Source: Octopus sinensis (lineage: Eukaryota). From it: DNA of 64,000 nucleotides. The notes below the pieces were generated by a model. It had not been told where the DNA came from. It worked only from the letters and a program-made list of their open reading frames with translations, and made no database searches. The DNA is taken from contig NC_043005.1 in NCBI RefSeq assembly GCF_006345805.1, forward strand, positions 83,142,001-83,206,000, in the 5' to 3' direction. Both the position numbers and the translations under genes were made by a program. Every line of letters starts with the position of its first letter. Position 1 is the first letter of the stretch. Below are positions 39,048 through 51,719 of this stretch, piece after piece.

Positions 39048-39964
39048 CACAGATCCCAGATAAAAATTCCCCAAAACAGAAAAATAGCTTTTAGCCAACA
39101 CATAGATACTTGCGCCAACAAAAAAACACCAAACTTCAGAATTTTCCCCCTCTACCAATTTAGGAGACGATACAACCTCGAGACAACGAATAAGTAAAGA
39201 AAATCTCTTTATACAAAATACAAGCCACTTCTTAACGGGTCTACGACAAACAATTAATATACCTCAACTTTAGAATAAAAGAAAAAAATATATATACACA
39301 CACAAATACTACACTCAATAGAATCCATTACTAATCAGCCCTTCATAGCTATATTTACATTCATATTCTCCCTTCTCTGTTTTTCTTCTTCTTCTTCTTC
39401 CTCTTCTTCTTCATCATCATCGTTATCATCAGTCGGCATCATCATCATCGCCACCATCATCACCACCATCTTCTCCTTCTCCTCCTTCTTCTTCTTCTTC
39501 TTCTTCATCATCATCGTTATCATCATCATCGTCGTCATAATCATCACCACCATCACCATCATCGTCATCTTCTCCTTCTCCTTCTCCTTCTTCTTCTTTT
39601 CTTCTTCTTCTTCTTCTCCACCCCCTACCCCTTAAGTTGTCATAATGTTTTTTAGTATAACACCTACGCTAATTCTATAAAGAAGCCTGTCAATATAAAT
39701 ATTCTCCTGAATTGAACTGAGACTGCCAGCCGCCACTGACCATTCAAAATACGACCATCAGGGCACTCCCAGATTCTCCCACCCCCTTTCCTCACCAGCC
39801 TCTCTCTACTACCCTACCAAGAGCTCACAACTACCTCGAACACACAAGTGCAAACAAGGGAGTCAGAGAAAGGCAGAATGCCACTTAAATCTGAACACTA
39901 CTATAGAAATATTCTTTTAAAAAAACTTTTTTCTAATTTTTCTAAATTAATTATTTAATCGTTA

Positions 39965-40002
39965 CAGTTGAAAAGGTCTCAAAATGACCGAAACCGGTAC
40001 TG
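39965..40002 (+). ncRNA. Degenerate minimal type-I hammerhead ribozyme motif
   Basis: cag-[ttgaaaa]-ggtc-tcaaaat-gacc-gaaa-ccgg-ta-ctg. Helices I, II and palindromic III are intact; the core has two transitions from CUGAAGA. Confidence 0.6.
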
Positions 40003-40087
40003 AATGTTCACTATAAATTATTTTAGCATTTTCTATTTTTTACTTGTTTTTTCATATATATCAACTCGTGTGTTCCTTTTCACCCTT

Positions 40088-40132
<45 letters not shown>

Positions 40133-40134
40133 GA

Positions 40135-40300
40135 TAGGTTTCTTCCAGTTTCCGTCGACCACATCCACTTACAAGACTCTGATCAGCCCGTGGCTATAGT
40201 AGAAGACATCTGCCCAAAGTGTAACTCAGCGCGACTTATCCCCGAACCATATAGTTCTGAAACAAACTTCTTAGCACACAGCCACACCTGCACTATGTGA
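40135..40300 (-). mobile_element. SINE family B (5' half)
   Basis: ttccagtttccgtcgaccacatccacttacaagactctgatcagcccgtggctatagtagaagacatctgcccaaag. Confidence 0.8.
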
Positions 40301-40381
40301 GTAGCCGTGTAACTCTTCTACAACAAGAAACCTGTTCTGGTCCCATGACTTACACTTTAACCCTTTATCTGCTAGCATAAA

Positions 40382-40470
<89 letters not shown>

Positions 40471-40788
40471 GCTCTAGCTCTAATCAGTCGAAGGCTGCAT
40501 TCCGATCCTACTGGTGCGCATACCACTTACAAAAGCACCCAGTAAAGAAAACGTAATAATCTGCGCTTCTCAAACGAGGTTCCTTGAGATATTTGTTCTG
40601 TCATCTCGGTCGGCTTTACAGACATTTCCTTGTCTCTCTCACAGTCAGACGAAATGCTGTGAAAAAATGAATGACCCTTAGAAAACAAAACCTAAAAACG
40701 TTACCTTTTTCTTGTAAAGCTATGAAAAATAAATTACATATCATATCATAGATAGATAGATAGATAGATAGATAGATTGGTAGGTAGG

Positions 40789-40900
<112 letters not shown>

Positions 40901-41203
40901 GGTAATTCATTTATTTTATGTTCATATATACATTGCTATGGTGTACTATAAAACAATGTCTACAGATTTTTTGCCAACATTGTATCTTTTGACGTTTGTA
41001 AACACTACGCTGCAATACATATGTTCGCAGCACCACTCACCCAGACACATGTACACGTATACACACACTCACGCACACGCATGCACACACACACGCACAC
41101 ACACACACACACACACGCGCGCACGCACACACGCGCGCGCACACACACACACAGCAGAATATGACTCATTACAGCACCACGCGCACACACACACAGACAG
41201 TAA

Positions 41204-41213
41204 AAGAAAGAAA

Positions 41214-41293
<80 letters not shown>
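41204..41293. repeat. (AAAG)n microsatellite
   Basis: Directly visible. Confidence 0.97.
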
Positions 41294-42004
41294 GTAAAGA
41301 TTTGAAAGTGATTGATGAAAAATTGTCTGGCTTCTGTATATTATATTTATTATATTCGTTTACTTGTCATATCGTATTAACTCTACCTTCAATACGGTAA
41401 TACCCTAACGTACAACCTTACAAAATAATTCGTGACTGTGACAATCTATTTCAAGTTTTGAATGAGAAGAACTCATATTTTCTACTGAATTTTTAATGAT
41501 AATGTCTGTAAATAATTTATGAAATCTACCAGTAACATATTAAGAAAGTTACGATGCAAGAACTGTATAAATTCTTTCGCATATTAGTATCCGTTATTCT
41601 CTACAGTTATGGGAATAGTCTTTCCAAGTCATGTTTCGTGCAGTATTTATCGTTCTCACCTCCAGTTCTTTATCTTTTTCCAATGTTATTTCTCGCTTAG
41701 ATGAGTTAGAAATGAGAATATTAGATTCTGTATGTCGTTTAATATCTTCTTCACCATGTTTGATACAAAATATTACGTAACTTATTTTTCTTTTCATTTG
41801 TTTCTTTTATTTTCTTCCTTTTTCTGTTTTACTTTACAGCTATCTCCTCGAGTCAATCCTGTTTTATTCCACACCGTTTATCTAGAAGGTGTAATCTGGT
41901 GCTTGTAGCATATTTCTATCTTAAAAGCCTTAACCAGTTTATAATTTCCAAACATAAGGAAATGTAGAAGCCAAACGGCTAAATTATCTTTAACCTTTTT
42001 TGTA

Positions 42005-42385
42005 TTTTACTTGCTTCAGTCATTAGACTACGACCTTAGTGAGGTACTGCATTGATAGGCTTAGTCGAACAAATCGTTCTCTTTTGCTGAACCGCTATCT
42101 CACGGGGGCGTAAACAAATCAACACCGGTTGTCAATCGTTAGGGAGGGCAAAAACAAACACAAAGGCACTCGCACATACCAAATTCACTCACGTACTGTA
42201 TATATATATATATACGGTGGGCTTCCACACAGTTTCATCTAACAAAATCACTCACAAATACATAAGAGCATTTGGTCGGTCCGGGACTATTGTAAAAGTC
42301 ACTTGCTCAAAACACCGTGTAGTGGAACCGAATCCAAAACTACTCAGTTGTGAAGCGAACTTAGCCACGCATCCTGTTGCTTCGT
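42005..42385 (-). mobile_element. SINE family B
   Basis: Reverse match to 63027-63386 along most of its length. Confidence 0.75.
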
Positions 42386-42400
42386 CAATGAGTTTTCACG

Positions 42401-42945
42401 CATCATCATCATCATTTAACGTCCGTTCCCCTTCTGGCGTGGGTTGGACGGTTTCCTAGGAGCTGGCTAGCTGGGGTACTGCCCGGGCTCCATCTGTCTG
42501 TTTTGGTGTAGTTTCTTTGGCTCGATGACGTTCCTGACGCCAACCACTTTACACTATACTGGATGCTTTTAAAGTGCCAAGAGTACGGGTGCTTTTACTG
42601 TACACCGGCATGGGCACTTTTACGTGGCACCGTTAAGAAAGTTTTTATGTCACACCAGCACGAGTTCTTTTACGTGATACCAGCACCCACGAGCCTGCAA
42701 GGCTAGGACGTCTCGGCGAGAGGGATGTAGAGGACATACCTTTATGTATGGACCGCCACGATTTTACTTAGCTTGACGTGACTTTTCAAGCACAGCAAAC
42801 CGCTAGAATCTTGGTCCCTTGTCAGCTTCTCTGTAAGGTCCAATGTCTGAAGATCTCACCTCTTCCTGAGAATACTCTTTCCACATGTTCCTTCCACAAC
42901 TAGAGATCGGCACCGAAGATGCCGTCTTAACTTTTGTAAAAAAGT
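42401..42945 (-). mobile_element. RTE LINE 3' end (ORF C-terminus, 3'UTR, (GAT)n tail)
   Basis: Minus strand gives ..RSDLQTLDLTEKLTRDQDS*RFAVLEKSRQAK*, then a UTR ending ..ccaacccacgccagaaggggaacggacgttaaatgatgatgatg. Confidence 0.75.
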
Positions 42946-43448
42946 AAAAGCATGAAGGTAAGAATATATGTGGAATGTTTCCTTCTAAACCTGTATTACT
43001 GAAAATACGACTATAATCCAGTCCTAACATTTTAAGGAACGTTAAAAATATTTCTTCAATAGTTCTTTATACTCTACTTAAAGCAATAAATTATACTAAG
43101 TCCATCCACGTTTCAAAGACTTTCTGTGTCTTATCTTTTGAATGAAATTATATTAATTGTGGTTATATCAGTTTTTATTGTTGCTTTATTGCAAGGAAAA
43201 AGTCATAGGAAAGCGGTTATAGTTTGTTTCTGCTACGATATCTCTGAAGTTAAGTCAGCGTCTTTCAGCAATCAGGAAACTGTTTGGGGCCTTGCAGTCT
43301 AGTTATAGTTTGTTTAGAAGCACTATCTTTGTATTAGGTTACATTTTATATCTTTTCGATTAATATAGCTTCCATATATGCGTGTGTATTTACAAACATA
43401 CATACATACATGTTATATATATATATATATATACATACATATACACAC

Positions 43449-43481
<33 letters not shown>

Positions 43482-44819
43482 CATACATGCATACATGCAT
43501 GCATACATACATACATACATACATACATACATACATACATACATACATACATACATACATACATACATACCTATATGTGTGTGTGTGTGTGTGTGTGTGT
43601 TGCAATGGCTCCTTATGGTGAATGCTGTTACAGTGCATTATAATACAGTACAAGAAACAAAATTAAGTAGAAAAAAAAACGTTAGCTGAGAGCAATACTA
43701 CCGTATATATATTCCATAAAATTTGCTAGAAGCGTTATTAGTAGGAAAATAAAAGCTAAAATTCAGCACACAAATGGAGGTGATGAGAACTGTACTATGA
43801 ATACAAGTGTGAATTAACTGCTACAGAATTTACATCTAGTGACAACGATTTATTGATAATGTTATTCCCTTTGTCCATTTGCTGCTTATGATATAATGCA
43901 CAACAATAAAACATTACTATCACTACTTCCAGAGGATGAGACCAAGAATATCTAAAATGCTAATGAACTGAGAAAGGTTGTTGTTCCAAATGAAATATAA
44001 GAACTGATAAGGAAATATGGAAAATATTTTATCAAAAGAAATCAAACCTGAACACAGTTGTGTCATTAAATTAAATGCCTTGACGCCCACTAACGTCCAT
44101 ACTGTCGCAAAATTGATACAGTGTGAAGAATACTGAAAGTTAGCAAGCTTTGCTTAGACCACCTTTTTAGGTCCTTCTTGAATAACAGGTGAGCAGTGCT
44201 TCTTTAGAAAGAATAAGTCGCTTGAATTATTACCGAAACTCTTCCATATTTGGTATAGAAATAACCAGTATCCCAAGCCTCCTATGCGAAAATTTGCAAT
44301 TACATACTTCCAACTGGTTAAACCTGTGTTTCACTACGCTACCTGTATGTTTCACTACACTTCACGTTATATGTTCCTTGTGTGTTTTCTAAGTTCTTGT
44401 GTATCAAATATGATTATAGTAAATGAAGCGGGTGCAGAACTGCTCTCATTTTTTCGATAGAATAGCTTTATTCCGGTGGCTCAAAGTGTAAGATGACTAG
44501 AAGCTGAATGAACTTCGGGTTTTAGAACAGTGAATCATTCGCTTAGGCCTCTTAACGAGAAATACGGGAATATCACTCCTGATAGACTGGCAGCGTGCTC
44601 AATCACCATTATAAGTATTTCTATATTCCTGCACAAATGATGGTTAGCAGTTAACGCTCACTCGTCCTTTTGACAGGCATGGCTTTCTTGCCTTGTTAGG
44701 TTTCTTGTAACCTTCCTCAGTAAGCAAGTCCCTTACGGGAGTCGGTTTAGTTGCCAACAACGTGACAGGAAAGCATGTTGCGAGTAGCATTCGCGAGTGA
44801 CTTGAAATACATACATACA

Positions 44820-44850
<31 letters not shown>

Positions 44851-44867
44851 GTGTGCGTGTGTGAGTG

Positions 44868-44944
<77 letters not shown>

Positions 44945-44945
<1 letters not shown>

Positions 44946-46067
44946 TGTTTCTTTATTAGCCACACAGGGCTGCACACAGATAGAACAAATTACAAGGTAG
45001 AGCTTTTCTTTTGAAGGTTAAAAAAAAAAAAAAAAAAAAAAAAGAAAAGGAAGGGGGAGTTTCGATCAAAAGGGATCGTAAAAGGAGAGAAAGAGGACAA
45101 AAAAAAGGGGGGATTAAAAAAAAAATTTAAAAAAAAAAAAAAAAAAGGGGGAGAGGAAAAAAAAATTGATCAATAGGGATCGTTATCACAGAAATGTCAA
45201 TATGAAGTGTAAAGGGGAGGACAGGTGAGGTTTACCCGTGGAAAGAAAAGCCTACGGAAAAGACCACGGTAACCTCGGTCAATGAAGTCACATTTTATAT
45301 TTCTTTTTTTTTTTTTTTTTTTTTTTTGCAAATAAGCAACTCTCTGTTTTCGATTTCTGGGTTCATAGGACTATGCTCAAGGTGGCTTCGTCATTCATAC
45401 GTGCCATTCTTGCTACATTCACCCATCTTTTTTTAAAACATTCGCTAGACAAAACTTGCCTCTCTACTCTCACTTTCCTTTTCAAGTGGTACTTGAAGAA
45501 GTTGATGAGAGATTGACCAGAGAGGAAAGTGTTTGTCTCCAATCCTTTCAGACGCGTCCACCAGATACATTCTTTCGCCATAGCCACAAGGATGATGAAA
45601 ATAGCTCTTCCTTCCCGTTTGAAGGAAGGAGGCGTGACAATATTGACGATAGACTCAGCTGATAAACCGACTCGTCCCACACGTGACAGCAGTTGTTCGA
45701 CATAAGCCCACAGGTCGGAAATTGTTGGACACTGAACGAGTGCGTGCAGAACGGTTTCGTCGCTCTGACCGCATCTCGGGCAGGTCGGCCCCGTGTTTCT
45801 CGAGCCGTGTCTGCAGAGCTTATCCCGAACGGGTAGCGCTTCTCGGTAGCACTGCCAGGCCAGGGATCTCTGGAAGTTGTCCATGGGCCCTGGCCCGAAA
45901 GTCGTCCCGAACAGGCAGGTCAGGTACTCCTCGTCGACGTCCAGGTTCGCCCCGAGCTCGTCGTCGTACCTCCCCTCCACTAAACCCCTATAGAATGCTT
46001 TGGTTGTGTTGAAGTCACTTACGGTCGACCCAGGACGGCAGAGTTGCTTGAGAGCAACGCGACACTC
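44945..46067 (-). mobile_element. 5'-truncated Tx1/L1-clade non-LTR retrotransposon inside a (GATA)n tract
   Basis: GC-rich ORF C-terminus with a zf-RVT CCHC motif. The roughly 420-bp 3'UTR has a stem-loop and AATAAA 8 nt from the junction. (GATA)n flanks both sides (44869-44944 and 46068-46143). Confidence 0.9.
45363..46067 (-). CDS. C-terminal 234 aa of a Tx1/L1 ORF2 (5'-truncated, uninterrupted)
   Basis: Frame is open from the junction (ECRVALKQLCRPGS..TKAFYRGLVEGR) through CPRCGQSDETVLHALVQC and AKECIWWTR to the stop at 45363-45365. Confidence 0.85.
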   Translation of the reverse strand, partial: ECRVALKQLCRPGSTVSDFNTTKAFYRGLVEGRYDDELGANLDVDEEYLTCLFGTTFGPGPMDNFQRSLAWQCYREALPVRDKLCRHGSRNTGPTCPRCGQSDETVLHALVQCPTISDLWAYVEQLLSRVGRVGLSAESIVNIVTPPSFKREGRAIFIILVAMAKECIWWTRLKGLETNTFLSGQSLINFFKYHLKRKVRVERQVLSSECFKKRWVNVARMARMNDEATLSIVL

Positions 46068-46137
<70 letters not shown>

Positions 46138-46362
46138 ATAGATACTTATGTGTATGACAGTCAGACGTACTCTGTTGAGTTATGCTTTCTTCATACATAC
46201 GTACACACACAAATATATATACAAATGCATAATACACATAAATACATACGTATGTATGTATGCATGTATGAATGCATACAACTATATATAGATACACATG
46301 CATGCACATATACATATATATACATATATATACATACACACTCATATATATATATATATATA

Positions 46363-46407
<45 letters not shown>

Positions 46408-48535
46408 GTAAGTGTATGTTTTTTACTATGAATGTGTGTGTGTGTCTGTGTCTGTGTGTGCGTGTGTGTGTGTGTGCGTGTGTGTGTGTGTGTGTGTTTG
46501 ATGGTGCGTGTGTTTCACTGTTTGTGTACATTCGTGTCAGAATCTATTAAATGATCATTTTTATGTCTTTCTTAATTATCAATACTATTTCACCACTAAA
46601 TATATAAACATTATTCGAATATACCCTGATATATCTTGCATATTTATCATAGTTATTTTACCTACTGATTACATTTACATAAAAAAACTGATACTGTCTT
46701 GTCTATTGCCACAATTCATTGACCATACAACATACAACTATTGTTTAATTCCAGTTCAACTTTCACGACGCAAGTCTATGGTCAACGGGATTTCATCTGT
46801 CTTTTTGCTTTCCAGGCATAGTTTATATTGCACCACAATATCAAGCAACCAAGTTGACGCTTTCTCCTTGCGCTCGGTTTTCAAATGTTAAATACAAATG
46901 AGCAGCGTGTATAATAAACAAACAACTTGCTGAAAAAGCAAAATTTTGCAACAAAGAAGTAAATAATAAACAAAGGATTTATTTTATTCTTATAAAATGT
47001 GGTTCATAAAACAATAACAATAATACTTCTGTTTTCATAGTTTTAGTAAGTACTTGAGCGGATTAGCAAGCTGACAATTTGTCAAGTGAACAAACAAAAC
47101 ACAAATACTTGCACATAATATTCTGATAGATGCGTAGAAAATAATGGTTCAAGTACTAGATAATTGGAAACTTTGTTTGATTAACAGATTGTCTATTATA
47201 TTTCGAAGTGTTTTGCTATGTGGTATGAGGGTGGTTATCACATTTTTAAATAAACATATACAATTTTATAATTAATTTTAGTAAATTTTTGTATATTTTC
47301 CTAATCTTTTTCCTCTTTGTCTTTCGCTACAATTAACGGATTATTTATTGAAAAAGCTAACAGTCATCTGCGAACGAGTAAAGCTTGGTGATACGATGTA
47401 CCATATTTTCGCTAATTGTTTTAGGTGCTTATATAGTTGTGAGCAAACATAGATACCTTCTCGACTCTTGCACCTGTTAATCGAACGCTTGTCCTCTATG
47501 TGTCACTTAGAAAAAGCGTGTGTGTGTGTACGTGCAAGAAAGAGAAAGAAAGACAGAGAGAGAGAGAGAGACCTACACACACACACACGTACCTGCACTA
47601 GATTATTACTCAATTTTAGTTGATTAGAGTAACGTGAAATGTAATGTCTTGTTCAAGGACACAACGCGGCGCACTTTCCAGGAATGAAATATGCTAATGA
47701 TGTAAAAAAAATGCTATGTAAAGAATAATTTTCTTCAGTACAATAGCCAAGTCTCCGTTTATGATATTTGCTGATTCTTTACTGATAATCTATATTACGT
47801 GTATAAGCTTGTGAATTTTTTCATCTACCTTCATATCATGCCATGGGCTGCAACTACACAGTAGTCGAAAACCCATTGTATCGAGAAAAAACAAATTTGT
47901 TTTAATACATAAATAGCTACGTGGTTAAGACGTATGCTTTGTTATCACATGGTTCTAAGTTCGATCTCACTGCATAACTTTCATGATAATTTTTCCTCTA
48001 TCATCGTTTCGGGCCGTTCCATACTCTGTGAATAGACCTGATTAGATATAAACTGTCTTGAAGCTTGTTATGGGTTATGCCCGTTCTTGGGTGAAAGATT
48101 TAATCATCTCTCGGTTTATCTCCACCACCTGGTCTTTGGCACCTTTACTAGAATCCATTCCAGCTGCAAACATCCCAATTGAGTATCCTGTTTGAAGTCA
48201 TCAAAATCTTTCCACCACTCCGTTTCTTCCACTAATCTCGAAGTTCTTACAAAATCTGTATGTATACTTCTTTTCTTCTTTCTTTGACAAAACGCTTTGA
48301 TCGCAAACTTGCGAAAACCTGGCGTTTGTAAAAAATTATATGTGATCTACAAGCGAAGTATTCCTATTATATGCGCGTTCATCATAATTTGGAACAAATG
48401 TAATGATATTAATCATTACAAATGATATTAATCAAACTGGAGAGTTCCAAAAGACAGTGAGAGATTCTTGCCAAACAGCATTTTCCACATTACAAGAATC
48501 CATGAGTCAGTATTTGAACAAAATGTTTAGGACAG

Positions 48536-48747
48536 GAAGGCAGCGGGCTGGCAGGAACGTTAGCACGCCGGGCAAAATGCTTAGTAGTATTTCGTCTGTC
48601 TTTTCGTTTTGAGTTCAAATTCCGCCGAGGTCGACTTTGCCGTTCATCCTTTCGGGGTCAATAAATTAAGTGCCAGTTGAGTACTGGGGTCGATCTAATC
48701 GACTGGTCCCCTCCCCAAAAATGTCAGGTCTTGTACCTAGAGTAGAA
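48536..48747 (+). mobile_element. SINE family A with a 19-bp target-site duplication
   Basis: aacaaaatgtttaggacag (48517-48535) and aacaaaatgtctaggacag (48748-48766). Confidence 0.9.
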
Positions 48748-48769
48748 AACAAAATGTCTAGGACAGATA

Positions 48770-48904
48770 TGACTGCGATATTAAGAGACTTGGTTTGCAA
48801 TCGCATGGTTTTAGGTTCAGTCCCACTATAACCTTCAACTATACCCCAAGGCTGGCAAATGCATTATGAGTTAATTTGGTGGACGGAAATTGTATGGAAG
48901 CCCA

Positions 48905-48941
<37 letters not shown>

Positions 48942-49085
48942 TGTGTTTCCTCCATACCGCTGACAACCGTTGCTATTTTCTATAAGTCTTGTAACTTTAA
49001 GGTCCAGCATTAGAGACCGGCAAAATAAGCTCCAAACTTAAAAAAGTTAAGTGCTGCAATATTCGTTCGACTAAACCCTTCAATG
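48770..49085 (+). mobile_element. SINE family B (degenerate)
   Basis: catggttttaggttcagtcccact..atttggtggacggaaattgtatggaagcccatcg..ctgacaaccg. A shorter copy lies at about 47915-48065. Confidence 0.7.
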
Positions 49086-50009
49086 ATTGAAACAAGTAAA
49101 ATATAGAAGGCAAAATAACAGTTTCTGTAAAGATACGTATGACTCTTCAGAGGTGTTCAATCAATTACAGGATAACTTGAACCCAGCACTACAAGTTAAC
49201 GAAACACTCGTTTATTCCATAGAACTGCCACAACTTAAAACGGAGAATTAAAAGAATTAGCATCTAGTGTCCTTTGAACAGTAGTATCATACCCGTCTAT
49301 CAGGATGGCTATGACACATTGCCAATGATTGTATGGGAACTACTGCTGTTTTTTGTTTTTGTTTTTTTATAATTTCCTTCTGTATCCTTAATAGATTGTA
49401 AGAGCACCCAGCATTCTTTATAGAATATATATTTATAGATTATATTCTAAAGTGAAGCCAAACGTAAAGACAAGACGATTGCCCGAGACCCAAAATATAG
49501 AAATGTATAATTTTATAAAATTTTAAAATCTATAGGACTGATTGCATGGGAAGCCTTTATTTAACTGACGAAATTTTTTTCTTAATAACTATAATAAAAT
49601 TTTGATGGAAAACTTGCTGATGGAAGCGAAAACTAAAACAGTTCAGCAATTTACCATTAAAACCTGTTTCATACATTCATAATTTGATTCATTTTTCTTT
49701 TAAACTTTTTCTTTATCTGTTACATTTTATTATTTCCTCTTAATGTTAGAGATGTGCCAGAAACAAGAATTGGAAAAATGCGCCATCTAATATTATCTTT
49801 GAATGAAAGAAAGTACCAAGATTGCAAAGCAAAAGTGGAAAGGTGGTAAGGCATCGACGAACCGAAGAATATCGATCGCCAAATTTTCTTATTTCCGAAA
49901 TTACAGTGAAATTTCCCTTGAACTATATCCTACCTTACTTCTTAATGCAAAGACATATTAGACAATTTAGTCTGTAATATTTAAAAAGCAGAAGGCGGTG
50001 AATAACCAG

Positions 50010-51245
50010 AATCGTTAGCGCACCGGGGAAGATGTTTAGCAGCATTTCTTCAATCTTGATGTTCTGATTTTAAATCCCACCGAGGTCGGTGGGATTGCCT
50101 TTCATCCTTTGGGAGTCGATAAAATATGTACCAGTTGAATATTGGTGTCGGTGTAACCGGTTTACCCTCCCCTAAAATTTTGGCCCTGAGCCAAAATCTG
50201 AAAATGATATTTAAAAAGCGGGATGGTCACAGATTGAATGTCTTTAATCATAAGACTAGAGATCAACAGCACATCCTGTTACATTATAAGAAAACTAACT
50301 TCTTAGCGGCACAACAACCAATTAAAAATTACCAGGGGTTTTTTTTTTTTTTGCTTTTTATTATTTCAAGATTGAAAGTAACTAGATAATCTCAGATTGC
50401 TATGGTTGTTATTATTATAATTAAGGCGGCGTGCTGGCAGAAACGTTAGCACGCCGGACGAAATGCGTAGCCGTATTTCGTCTGCCGTTACGTTCTGAGT
50501 TCAAATTCCGCCGAGGTCGACTTTGCCTTACATCCTTTCGGCTTCGATTAAATAAGTACCAGTTACGCACTGGGGTCAATATAATCGACTTAATCCGTTT
50601 GTCTGTCCTTGTTTGTCCTCTCTGTGTTTCGCTCCTTGTGGGTAGTAAAGAAATAAGTATTTCGTCTGCCGCTACGTTCTGAGTTTAAATTCCGCCGACG
50701 TCGACTTTGCCTTTCATTCTTTCGGGTCGCTAAATTAAGTACCGGTGAAACACTGAGATCGATGTAATCGACTATCCCCTCCCCAATTTTTCAAGTCTTG
50801 TGCCTACAGTAAAAAGGGTTGTTATTATAATTAAGTCGGTGAGCTGGCAGAGTCGATAGCACCCTGGACGAAATGCTTAATGATATTTCGCCCGTCGCTA
50901 TGTTCTGAGTTCAAATACTGCCGAGGTCGACTTTATCTTTCATCCTTTCGAGGTTGATAAAATGAATACCAATTGAGCATTGGGGTTGGTGTAATCGACC
51001 ATTCCTCCGAAATTGCTGGTCATTTGCCTATAGCAGAAAGGATTTTTATTATAATTAAGAAAGGATTATTATAATTATTTCTTCCGGATATACGTTCTGT
51101 GTTCAAATTCCACCATGGTCGACTTCGTCTTTTATCGTTTCGAAGTCGATAAAATATGTACCAGTTGAGCACTGGGTCAATTTTATTTACTAGCACCCTC
51201 TCCCAAAATTCCAGGCTTTTTGCCTATAGTAGAAAAAAATCATTA
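50010..51245 (+). mobile_element. Head-to-tail cluster of five SINE family A copies
   Basis: Copies at about 50010-50215, 50425-50655, 50656-50825, 50833-51045 and 51080-51245; two are 5'-truncated. Confidence 0.85.
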
Positions 51246-51480
51246 TTATTACCTCCGCCTTAGCGAAAGTGGAGGTATTGTTTTCAGTCGTGTTTGTTTG
51301 TCCGCGGACAAGATATCTCGAGAACTGCGGGATAGATTCGGATGAAACTTTCAAGGATGTTTGGCCCCGTGACTGGCACGAACTGATTAGATCTTGGGAT
51401 CAATCCGGTATTGGACAAGGATTCTGGATTGTTTATTATATTTACTTTATTTTACGTAATTACGATCTTACGTTGACTTT
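51246..51480 (+). mobile_element. Non-autonomous Helentron/DINE-1-like (HINE) element, 5' part
   Basis: Begins in a TT context with hairpin acctccgc..gtggaggt (51251-51276), then a (GTTT/GTCC) microsatellite and agatatctcgagaact..gattcggatgaaactt. The right end is not defined. Confidence 0.55.
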
Positions 51481-51654
51481 CAAGTCTTTCTCAATTATCT
51501 CCTTTTTAGGCTGTTTCCAAAGTCTCATTTGCGTTTCTCTATTATTAATTTTACTCGCATCTCTATCTTAGTAGAAACTGATGGATAAATAAATCAAACT
51601 ACATAGACAAACAGCAGCAAAACCGTTCAGAAATTAAATAACACTAACATATGT

Positions 51655-51719
<65 letters not shown>

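Noticed and set aside
39380-39620. Poly-K/E/M ORF 39335-39568
   Set aside because: Duplicated (TCT)/(TCA) compound microsatellite, not coding.
41520-41800. Possible RTE fragment (minus ORF ..NTARNMTWKDY..)
   Set aside because: A single weak motif; not distinguishable from chance by eye.
44690-44725. Minus-strand ctgagga-aggtt..aacct hairpin
   Set aside because: No GAAA or helix III after the stem.
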